Positions 1 to 7,806 of a stretch of 64,000 bases of DNA are shown here, in pieces. Under the pieces are notes generated by a model. The model worked only from the letters and a program-made list of their open reading frames with translations. It had not been told where the DNA came from and searched no databases. Made by a program: the position numbers and the translations under genes. Origin of the DNA: an uncultured bacterium (GTDB taxonomy: Bacteria; Auribacterota; Erginobacteria; Erginobacterales; Erginobacteraceae); NCBI GenBank assembly GCA_963822585.1, contig CAWGIE010000011.1, positions 32,001 through 96,000 of the forward strand, in the 5' to 3' direction. How positions within the stretch are numbered: position 1 is the stretch's first letter; each line of letters begins with the position of its first letter.

Positions 1-1417
1 CGTGCCCTTCGTAATGTTCAGTGAGATTTTCCGCCATTCGCTTGGTGAGGGTGGTGACCAGAACCCGCTCGCCTCTTTCCACGCGACGCCGGATCTCTTC
101 CAGGAGGTCATCCACCTGATTCTCCGCCGGGCGAATCTGGATGTCGGGATCGATCAGACCGGTGGGACGGATAATCTGCTCCACGATACGACGGCCGCTC
201 CGGCGGCGCTCGTATTCGGCCGGGGTAGCGGAGACGTAGATCACCTGGTTAACCCGTTTCTCGAACTCGGCGAAGTTCAGGGGGCGGTTGTCCAGAGCGG
301 AGGGCAGACGGAATCCGTATTCAACCAGGGTCTCCTTGCGGGAGCGGTCGCCCCGCCACATGCCTCCGATCTGAGGGATAGAGATATGACTCTCATCAAT
401 GAAGAGGAGATAATCATCGGGAAAATAGTCGAGGAGCGTGGCGGGGGGGGCTCCCGGTTGGCGATTATCGAGGTGACGGGAATAGTTTTCAATCCCGTTG
501 CAGAAGCCGGCTTCTTCCAGCATCTCGAGATCGTACCTGGTCCGCATCTCCAGTCTCTGGGCTTCGAGGAGCTTGGCATGCTGTTTGAGGAATCGCAGCC
601 GCTCTTCCAGTTCCTCCCTGATGGAGCTGATCGAGCGCTTCAAGTTGGCGGCCGAGGTAACATAATGGCTGGCCGGGTAGACCGCCGCCCGGTCGCATTC
701 CCCGGAACGTTGCCCTCTCAGGGGGTCTACCCAGGAGAGTCGCTCGATCTCGTCATCCCAGAACTCCACCCGCATCACCCGTGAGGACTCGTAGGCGGGG
801 AATATCTCGACCACGTCTCCCCTCACCCGAAAAGTACCCCGGTGGAGGTCAAGATCATTGCGCTCGTAAAACATCCCCACCAGATCGGCGAGGAGGCGGC
901 GGCGCTGGATTTTCTGGCCGACCCTGAGTTCCAGCACCCGGTCGTGATACTCTTCCGGGGACCCCAGGCCATATATACAGGACACGCTGGCGACGATGAT
1001 AACATCCCGGCGCGTCCAGAGCGAATAGGTGGCCGCGTGCCGCATGCGGTCAATATGCTCATTTATGGAGGAGTCTTTTTCTATGTAGCTGTCAGTCGCA
1101 GGGAGGTATGCTTCCGGCTGGTAATAATCATAGTAGCTGACGAAATACTCCACCGCGTTGTGGGGAAAAAGGGCGGTGAATTCACCATACAGCTGAGCGG
1201 CCAGCGTCTTATTGGGAGCGATCACCAGCGTGGGACGGCCGACGGCGGCGATCACATTGGCCATGGAAAAGGTTTTCCCGGAACCGGTGACCCCGAGCAG
1301 TACTTGATGAGTCGCACCCTCCCGGAGACCGCCGATCAGGTCTTTGATGGCCCGGGGCTGATCGCCCCGGGGGAGGAATTCGGTCACCAGTTTGAATGGG
1401 GCGTTTTCGCTTTTCAC
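1..1417 (-). CDS. uvrB: Excinuclease ABC subunit B (3' end lies outside the window)
   Basis: Not in the ORF track because it runs off the window. My minus-strand translation from GTG at 1417 (GGAG upstream) reads [21 protein letters not shown]...[10 protein letters not shown]...[12 protein letters not shown]...[13 protein letters not shown], the UvrB helicase motifs. Confidence 0.96.
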   Translation of the reverse strand, partial: MKSENAPFKLVTEFLPRGDQPRAIKDLIGGLREGATHQVLLGVTGSGKTFSMANVIAAVGRPTLVIAPNKTLAAQLYGEFTALFPHNAVEYFVSYYDYYQPEAYLPATDSYIEKDSSINEHIDRMRHAATYSLWTRRDVIIVASVSCIYGLGSPEEYHDRVLELRVGQKIQRRRLLADLVGMFYERNDLDLHRGTFRVRGDVVEIFPAYESSRVMRVEFWDDEIERLSWVDPLRGQRSGECDRAAVYPASHYVTSAANLKRSISSIREELEERLRFLKQHAKLLEAQRLEMRTRYDLEMLEEAGFCNGIENYSRHLDNRQPGAPPATLLDYFPDDYLLFIDESHISIPQIGGMWRGDRSRKETLVEYGFRLPSALDNRPLNFAEFEKRVNQVIYVSATPAEYERRRSGRRIVEQIIRPTGLIDPDIQIRPAENQVDDLLEEIRRRVERGERVLVTTLTKRMAENLTEHYEGH

Positions 1418-1438
1418 TCATCAGCTCCGCAACTTATT

Positions 1439-1511
1439 TAACCGCGGATTGAGCGGATTATGCTGATTAAGGGGAAACAACAATCCGTTTAATCCGCTTA
1501 ATCAGCGGTTT
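1439..1511. repeat. Inverted repeat of ~9-mer units (AACCGCGGATT...AATCAGCGGTT)
   Basis: Arms accgcggattgagcggatta and aatccgtttaatccgcttaatcagcggtt flank a short spacer. Confidence 0.75.
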
Positions 1512-1543
1512 ATTAAAATTCCGAAACAGCACGTTGATGTTCG

Positions 1544-1927
1544 TTATTGAGGGGCGCCGCCGGGGGCAGCCGGGGGGAAATACTCCCCGACCAACCGCCG
1601 GTACCCCTCAGATTTCCGGAGCGCGGACAGGTCCGGATCCTGCCCCATCCAGGAGAGATCATCATAACCGAGTTCCAGCGCCTGCCGAAGAGCCGCCAGC
1701 GCCTCCGCCTCCTGATTGAGGAGGGCATGGCTGCAGCTCAGATTATAGAACACATTCGCATCGCGGGGAAGCATGCCGGCCAGTTTCTCATCCAGACGCA
1801 GACCCTTTTCAAACCACCCCTTCCTGGTATAGGCATCGGCGAGGGGGAGCAGGGCATCGATGAATTCCGGATCGTCCCGGACAAGATCTTCGAAAAATCT
1901 GATTTGAAAATCAATATCCTCTTCCAT
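1544..1927 (-). CDS. TPR-like helical repeat protein
   Basis: 127 aa with TPR-like YNLSCSHALLNQEAEALAALRQALELGY and C-terminal DPDLSALR. Confidence 0.8.
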   Translation of the reverse strand: MEEDIDFQIRFFEDLVRDDPEFIDALLPLADAYTRKGWFEKGLRLDEKLAGMLPRDANVFYNLSCSHALLNQEAEALAALRQALELGYDDLSWMGQDPDLSALRKSEGYRRLVGEYFPPAAPGGAPQ

Positions 1928-2126
1928 GGTTCCTCTGCCGTCCTTCCGCGGCGGCCGGCGGTCCGGGTCCCCCCGGACCCGGACCGGACCGGTCGTGAAT
2001 GGCGATTATCGCCCTTGCGCTTACCGATCACCATTGATATAGTTAGCCGGTATATTTTACTGTATTTTAACACTCTCTTCAAGAGGGTGCCCGATCGGGC
2101 TGAAAAAATTCTGCCGGAGAATAATC

Positions 2127-2717
2127 ATGAAAAAGAACATCCGAGTCTTCTATTGCCTGCTGACGGTCTTTACCGGATTTTTATTGTCCGCGGCCACTCT
2201 TCCCGCCGACGATTATCGTAAAAATCTTCACCGCTTACGGGAAGACCAGGTCTGGGAACCGGAAATCCAGATCAGCGAAGACACTGTCATCCCCGGGTTC
2301 TGGCGGCCCCGGGCGCGAAGCGGGTACGAATGGGTCAAGGCGACGAAAGACGAAGCCGGACGCTGGCACCCCGGCTATTGGGCTCCCCTTCACCGGGACA
2401 TCCTGACCGGGAAGACCGACCTTCCCGGATACTGGGGTCCGGAAAACCGGACAGGATACATCTGGATAAATGTCGAGGACCGGGTGGGAGATTATCCTGC
2501 CGGTTCCTGGGAACCCATGAACACCTACCAGGTCGCCCAGCCGCCCTTGAAATGGGTACCCGGATACTGGACCGGCAGGCGATGGGTACCCGGATACTGG
2601 CGGATTCCGGAGCGGGAAGGCCATATCTGGTTCGAGGGATACTACGGAGCGGACGGGCGCTGGAATGAAGCCCACTGGGGACTTTCTCCGGAAGAGATCC
2701 CCCCGGCTCCCGAATGA
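2127..2717 (+). CDS. Exported WXXGXW (YXWGXW) repeat protein
   Basis: Signal-peptide-like N-terminus; repeated WVPGYW, WHPGYW, IPGFW and WFEGYY units. Confidence 0.8.
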   Translation: MKKNIRVFYCLLTVFTGFLLSAATLPADDYRKNLHRLREDQVWEPEIQISEDTVIPGFWRPRARSGYEWVKATKDEAGRWHPGYWAPLHRDILTGKTDLPGYWGPENRTGYIWINVEDRVGDYPAGSWEPMNTYQVAQPPLKWVPGYWTGRRWVPGYWRIPEREGHIWFEGYYGADGRWNEAHWGLSPEEIPPAPE

Positions 2718-2744
2718 TTTTCAGCGGCTTCCGCCCGATCCGGA

Positions 2745-3077
2745 TCAAATCACGAACCGCCAGATAATGACCGCGGCCGCGACCAGAATGACGATCCCGG
2801 CACCCAATAAAATCCGGCGGCGCCGGACAAGGTCGCTGCGGAATTTGTGCTGGGCGATGGTCTGGAATGAACCGGTGCTCAGATAACTGGCCAGTCGGTG
2901 ACGGTTGATCTCTTCCTTCCTGTCTTTTTCGGCGGCCGGCGAAGGCGATCGTGTTTCTTCCAACTTCTGTTCCCGGCGCTGTGTCCGTTCCAGGAATCTG
3001 ATCTCTTTCGAGACAGCCTCTATCTCCTTTTCGAGGTCCGAAATCCGGGAATCGAGATATCGTTTCCTTAAAAACAT
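2745..3077 (-). CDS. Coiled-coil protein with C-terminal membrane anchor
   Basis: Heptad-rich N-terminus, RRRRR followed by one hydrophobic helix at the C-terminus. Start at 3077 or 3110. Confidence 0.7.
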   Translation of the reverse strand: MFLRKRYLDSRISDLEKEIEAVSKEIRFLERTQRREQKLEETRSPSPAAEKDRKEEINRHRLASYLSTGSFQTIAQHKFRSDLVRRRRILLGAGIVILVAAAVIIWRFVI

Positions 3078-3113
3078 AGAGAGATTTTCTCCGGGGATAG
3101 GTGAAGGCACCGG

Positions 3114-3758
3114 TTATCTGATAAGATCGAAAAGACGGATCACGATCGTCACCAGAATCGCCAGCAGAGCGGCCGGAAGGCAGAAAAAGAACCCCCTCCT
3201 GAAGAGGTCGCCGGGGGATACGTCCGCCGCCGGGGGGAAGGCCGTTGTTTGAACCGTGACCGGACTCCTCTCCTCGAGACCACGCGTACTGAGCGCGTCC
3301 ACCTTCCCCCGGGCCTCGGAATATTCTCTCTTCGCTTTTCCAACCACGGCCAGAGCCCGGGTCAGTTCCCCTTTCAGGTCTTCCTCCCTCCAGGTCTCTT
3401 CCCGAATCCCGCGAATCTCGGTTATAATCTTGTCAAACTCATCCCGGGTGACCTTGACCAGGGTATGCTTTCGTTTCAGTTCGCTTTCTTCCTTGTCCAG
3501 GACGGCGATCCCCCGTTCAAGATTAGTGAGAACCTCTCTCTTGACCGAGTCAAGTTCTTCCCGCTGCCGCCGCAGTTCCTCCAGATCCGATTTCTGCTTC
3601 TTCAGGTCTTCCTGCTGTTTCTTTAAAAAGGAGATCCGTTCCGCGGTTCGATCAACCATATCGGTAAGGCTGGCAATCGGCGCGGCCGCCGCCGGCTTTT
3701 TCCGTTCTTCCTTTTTCCCGCTCTGTTCCTCTTTTTCGCTCATCTCTTCCTCTCTCAT
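3114..3758 (-). CDS. Coiled-coil protein with C-terminal membrane anchor
   Basis: Long E/K/L/R heptad region and a C-terminal hydrophobic helix (FFFCLPAALLAILVTIVI). Confidence 0.75.
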   Translation of the reverse strand: MREEEMSEKEEQSGKKEERKKPAAAAPIASLTDMVDRTAERISFLKKQQEDLKKQKSDLEELRRQREELDSVKREVLTNLERGIAVLDKEESELKRKHTLVKVTRDEFDKIITEIRGIREETWREEDLKGELTRALAVVGKAKREYSEARGKVDALSTRGLEERSPVTVQTTAFPPAADVSPGDLFRRGFFFCLPAALLAILVTIVIRLFDLIR

Positions 3759-3810
3759 ACGGTATATCCGGTTTATGTTTGCTATCCGTAATACAGTGAA
3801 CGATAATTAT

Positions 3811-4016
3811 ATCCTGCTCGAAAAGGATTTCGAGCAGGAAATCCTAAATCCTAATATCTAAATCCTAAATAAATCCAAAATCCGAATAACCAAATTTTTT
3901 AAATATTGCCGGTTTTCGCCCCATTGTTTGGGATTTTTTAGTTTGGGTCATTTGATATTATTGAGGATTTAATAATTAGATAGTAGGATTTGAGAACTGA
4001 TGAGCTTTTCGAATAA
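3811..4016 (+). repeat. ~200-bp element, family A (CCTGCTCGAAA..TTTCGAGCAGG hairpin plus AAATCCT heptamer arms)
   Basis: Homologous in inverted orientation to 46717-46913 and 61743-61977, including both termini. Confidence 0.85.
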
Positions 4017-4138
4017 TCGATTAACGGCACGATAGTAATTTCTTCCGGATGTCAGGTCAAGGAATCTCTGAAAATCTCCGGTCCGTTATTATCTATACAC
4101 TACTCGAAAATGATATCATATTGAAAAAAATCAATTAA

Positions 4139-4227
4139 AACCACGAAATACACGAAGAGCATGAAGATTTCAAAAATGAGCTACATCTTATTTATTTTCT
4201 CCACTATTCTTCGTGTCCTGCGTGGTG
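4139..4227. repeat. CACGAAG-type 9-mer inverted repeat, family B
   Basis: accacgaaatacacgaag...ttcttcgtgtcctgcgtggt; the same family occurs at 6732, 34283 and 57736. Confidence 0.8.
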
Positions 4228-4279
4228 AATTATTTCGTTGTTTCAAAGATAAAAACACCTTTTCGATTAAAATATCATT

Positions 4280-5497
4280 ATGAGAGATGTAAAAACTGCA
4301 CTCTGCCGTCACTTCGGCGAATGCGGCGGCTGCCGACACCAGGACCTGGAGTATCCTCTTCAGCTGGGCCGGAAGGACGAGCAGTGCCGAAAACTGCTCC
4401 GGGATTGCGGGATCTTAACCAGTCTGAAGCCGATCCTTCCCTCCCCCCGGACTTTTTTCTACCGGAACAAGATGGAGTTCACTTTTTATCATGACCGGGG
4501 AGAACTGGTTTGCGGGCTTCATCGGAAAGATCCGAACCGGAGCATTTTTCAGCTGAAGGAATGTCCGATCTTCTCAGAAGAGATCCCGCTGATTATGGCA
4601 GCGGTGATGGAGTTCGCGCGCGGGAGCGGATTACCCGCGTACCATCCGTACCGGCATCAGGGTTTCTGGCGCAACCTGGTAATGCGGGAAGGGAAGTTTA
4701 CGGATCAGATCATGGTCAACGTAGTCACCTCCTCGGAGGGAAAGATCGACGAAGACTCCCTGGCGGAGGCGATGGCCGGCGTGGCCACCCGAAAACGGAT
4801 CATTTCCCTGCTTCACACCATAAACGATAGCCCGGCAAACGCCGTCATTCCGGAAAAAGCCTCCGTGCTCAGAGGGGCCCCTTTTCTGGAGGAAACCATC
4901 GGCGGACTCACCTTCCGGATTCCCCCCTTTTCTTTCTTCCAGGTCAATCCTTTCATCCTGGAAACGTTCTATCGCGAACTCCACGATCTCCTCGTTCTCG
5001 GGGGGGGAGAAAATATTCTCGATGTCTTTTGCGGGAGCGGGGCCATCGGCCTGATCCTCTCGAGCCGGGCGGCGACGGTGACCGGGATTGAACTGGATGA
5101 GGCGGCAGTGGAAAACGCCCGATCGAATGCCCGGCTCAACCGGATCTCAAACATCACCTTCCTGGCCGGTAAGGCATCACGGATAATGGCGGAAAACAGA
5201 TCGCGATGGCCGGGGAGGTTCGATTTATTGGTGGTCAATCCTCCCCGAACCGGGATCAGCAAGAAAATCGTTAAACGGATCCTGGAGATCGGACCCGGGC
5301 GCGTTGTTTATTCATCATGCAATCCGGGTACTTTCTTCGAGCAGGCCCCCCTCCTGCTCGACAGCTACCGCCTGGATACCATTCAGCCGTTCGATTTTTT
5401 TCCGCACACCCCGCACATGGAACTACTGGGGGTATTTACCAAGAGACCGTCTTCTGGTTCTGTTTTTATACCTGGGAACCTCAACGCTAATACATAA
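4280..5497 (+). CDS. rlmD: 23S rRNA m5U1939 methyltransferase (TrmA/RlmD family), no TRAM domain
   Basis: CRHFGECGGC Fe-S motif, YRNKMEF, SFFQVN, DVFCGSG, NPPRTG, SCNP, FPHTPH. Confidence 0.9.
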   Translation: MRDVKTALCRHFGECGGCRHQDLEYPLQLGRKDEQCRKLLRDCGILTSLKPILPSPRTFFYRNKMEFTFYHDRGELVCGLHRKDPNRSIFQLKECPIFSEEIPLIMAAVMEFARGSGLPAYHPYRHQGFWRNLVMREGKFTDQIMVNVVTSSEGKIDEDSLAEAMAGVATRKRIISLLHTINDSPANAVIPEKASVLRGAPFLEETIGGLTFRIPPFSFFQVNPFILETFYRELHDLLVLGGGENILDVFCGSGAIGLILSSRAATVTGIELDEAAVENARSNARLNRISNITFLAGKASRIMAENRSRWPGRFDLLVVNPPRTGISKKIVKRILEIGPGRVVYSSCNPGTFFEQAPLLLDSYRLDTIQPFDFFPHTPHMELLGVFTKRPSSGSVFIPGNLNANT

Positions 5498-5576
5498 GAA
5501 AACAGGGAGTGATGGAGTGTTGGAATGATGGATACTACCTTGGCCACAATTGAGGTTGCACTAAAGTATCGTTATT

Positions 5577-5864
5577 TAACCCGATTTATTCATAAATCGG
5601 GTTAGTTTTGGACAACGCCAAAGTAAAAGTGTATAGCAACAAAATACGGTTCCGATCATATCATATTCTTTGGCAATCACTTGTTGACAAACGTTTGTTA
5701 TAGATCGCACTATTGCCGGTAGACATAATCGTTGACCTATCGGCTAAGACAGAACAGTCTGCTGTTGCCGTATTAATATGTTTTCTATCCGTAATATATT
5801 GAACGGAAACTAGTAACCTGGATTATTCATGAAAATTTTAAATTTTCATGAATAATCCAGGTTA
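5577..5864 (+). mobile_element. ~288-bp non-coding element with two different palindromic ends (family C; candidate MITE or structured RNA)
   Basis: Left end TAACCCGATTTATTCATAAATCGGGTTA, right end TAACCTGGATTATTCATGAAAA..TTTTCATGAATAATCCAGGTTA. Full-length inverted homolog at 27026-27314. Confidence 0.75.
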
Positions 5865-6132
5865 ATGACGAAATTCGAATGACGAAACCCGAAAGAATGA
5901 CGGAATCCAAACGACGAATGTCAAATGGCCCAGGATTCTCGCTACTCCCTGTTGCCGACAATAGGCAGCCTCGACCATTTGAACCGAAAGCGAGGGATGG
6001 TAAACAAACTCACACATTGCCAACTAAAATATGGCCGGATTAGTAACCATCTCCGGGCCCCCATCACTCCATGATACCTATTTGGCAACGTGGTATGCGA
6101 TTCAAAGGAAGCTTGAGAAGGGATACGATGGC

Positions 6133-6699
6133 ATGAAACCCCTGAAGCTGTCATTCTACAGCCGCCCTACCGTCCTGGTGGCCCGTGAACTCCTGGGCAA
6201 AATTTTGGTCCGGGAGGTTGACGGAAGACCGATGACCGGCCGGATAGTAGAGACAGAGGCCTATACCGGCCCGGGAGACCCGGCCTCCCACGCGTTCCGG
6301 GGCCCCACCCCCCGGAGCAGGATCATGTTCGGACCGGCGGGGATCGCCTATGTATATTTTTGCTACGGCGTCCACCATCTTCTGAACGTGGTAACGGAGA
6401 AAGAGGGAACGGCCGGCGCGGTCCTGATTCGAGGGGTAGCCCCCCTTCACGGACTGGATCTGATGCCGGATACCCGGGAGCAAAAAAAGGAGAAAAAGAT
6501 TCTGGACGGCCCCGGAAAGCTGACAAAGGCGTTGAGGATCACTCTGGAGATGAATGGATGGGATCTGACGCAGGGGAGAGATCTCTACATCATCAACGGC
6601 GGGAGGACGGGAACTGCGGCGATCGCGGCCGCCCCCCGGATCGGAATCAGGGAAGGGACGGATAAGCTCTGGCGATTTAAAATGGTAAAAACTACCTGA
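6133..6699 (+). CDS. mpg: DNA-3-methyladenine glycosylase (MPG/AAG family)
   Basis: VARELLGK, GRIVETEAY, DPASHA, YVYFCYGVH, AVLIR, GPGKLT, RIGI, WRF. The ATG at 6133 is preferred over the ORF-track start. Confidence 0.93.
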   Translation: MKPLKLSFYSRPTVLVARELLGKILVREVDGRPMTGRIVETEAYTGPGDPASHAFRGPTPRSRIMFGPAGIAYVYFCYGVHHLLNVVTEKEGTAGAVLIRGVAPLHGLDLMPDTREQKKEKKILDGPGKLTKALRITLEMNGWDLTQGRDLYIINGGRTGTAAIAAAPRIGIREGTDKLWRFKMVKTT

Positions 6700-6731
6700 A
6701 AGAAGTACTGCTAATATATCTATCTTTATTT

Positions 6732-6812
6732 ACCACGAAGAACACGAAGAAAAACTTGGGTTAATGAGATATCTCCTTTTTCATTCTTCGTGTACTTCGT
6801 GTCCTTCGTGGT
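6732..6812. repeat. Family B 9-mer inverted repeat between convergent genes (may act as terminator)
   Basis: accacgaagaacacgaag...cttcgtgtacttcgtgtccttcgtggt. Confidence 0.85.
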
Positions 6813-6834
6813 TTATAATTATGGCAGTTTTGTT

Positions 6835-7584
6835 TTACTTGCCCTCTAAAATAGGGATTATCTCGGTCAGACTGGTTATCTGATAATCGGGAACCTTGAT
6901 CTTCGATTCCGGATCGAAGCGGGCCGATTCAATCTCTTTCCTGATCGTCTCTATCAGTTCTTCCCCGTCTTCCCCGACCCTCTCGACCAGGAAAGTCGTC
7001 ATCCCGGCCAGATTCCCCATCATAATATCGGTAAGTCGATCACCTACCATGGCCGTTTCTTCCGCCCTGAGCCCCAGCTGATCGAGAACGATCTCGGCGA
7101 TCTTCGGGTTCGGCTTCTCCAACTTCAGCCGGAGGGAATCATTCCAATCGAAAAATCCCCGGGGGAGCGGCACCCCTGGTTTCTGGTTAAACGCCTCCAG
7201 GACCACCGTCTTGGTGGTGAAGGTCGCCACCGCGAAGAGAATACCTTTGTCTTCAAGATACCTGAAAATCTCGACCGCATCAGGGAACAGCCCCGCTTTC
7301 CCCGCTTTGGTGTAGGCAACCCTTTCTCTCTCGTCAACGATACCCTTCATTTTCTGGAATTTATCCCAGCTGGTCTTGAGCCCGATTGTCTCGAGCTTCT
7401 CGATGAACCCCTTCCCGGTATAGTAGGAGAGCATATACTCGTCTTCCCGGCCTTCCGGAACCTTCCCCCCGCATTCCTCGACTACTTTCAGAAAAACATC
7501 GCGCCAATAAATTCTCGGGTTCGGGTATATCTTGGCGATCGTGTTATCGTTGTCAAAAACCATGCCTTTTAGTTTCAAACCCAT
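6835..7584 (-). CDS. HAD-superfamily hydrolase
   Basis: FDNDNT (DxD motif), KPNP, MVGDRLTD...G..AG motifs. Confidence 0.88.
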   Translation of the reverse strand: MGLKLKGMVFDNDNTIAKIYPNPRIYWRDVFLKVVEECGGKVPEGREDEYMLSYYTGKGFIEKLETIGLKTSWDKFQKMKGIVDERERVAYTKAGKAGLFPDAVEIFRYLEDKGILFAVATFTTKTVVLEAFNQKPGVPLPRGFFDWNDSLRLKLEKPNPKIAEIVLDQLGLRAEETAMVGDRLTDIMMGNLAGMTTFLVERVGEDGEELIETIRKEIESARFDPESKIKVPDYQITSLTEIIPILEGK

Positions 7585-7624
7585 ATCAGCCCTCCTTGTT
7601 AGAACTTAGCTTGGTGACTTTTTT

Positions 7625-7775
7625 GACAGGACGATTTCGGGACAGGACGATTGCCCCGACCTCACCCTCTTTGATAGCAGGATGATTAACTGGCAGGACT
7701 ATTAATTTTAAAATTTATCTTATGCCTATCTAAATATTTTTTATTAATCGTTCTGCCGATAAATCGTCCTGCTTA
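7625..7775. repeat. Imperfect inverted repeat of CAGGACGATT units
   Basis: gacaggacgattt, gacaggacgattg and gcaggatgatta versus aatcgttctgc and aatcgtcctgc. Confidence 0.6.
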
Positions 7776-7806
7776 TAAGCTGATTATTAAAAACCCGAAC
7801 CGGCGG

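Noticed and set aside
1209..1421. ATG-started [11 protein letters not shown] suggesting a frameshift at the uvrB start
   Set aside because: An in-frame GTG at 1417 with a GGAG upstream gives an uninterrupted UvrB; no frameshift is needed.
2..1441. Long plus-strand ORFs 2-784 and 842-1441
   Set aside because: Antisense shadows of uvrB, expected in GC-rich DNA.
1960..1985. Perfect 11-bp GC hairpin upstream of the TPR gene
   Set aside because: Single copy, no U-tract, no recognisable RNA family; not enough to call.
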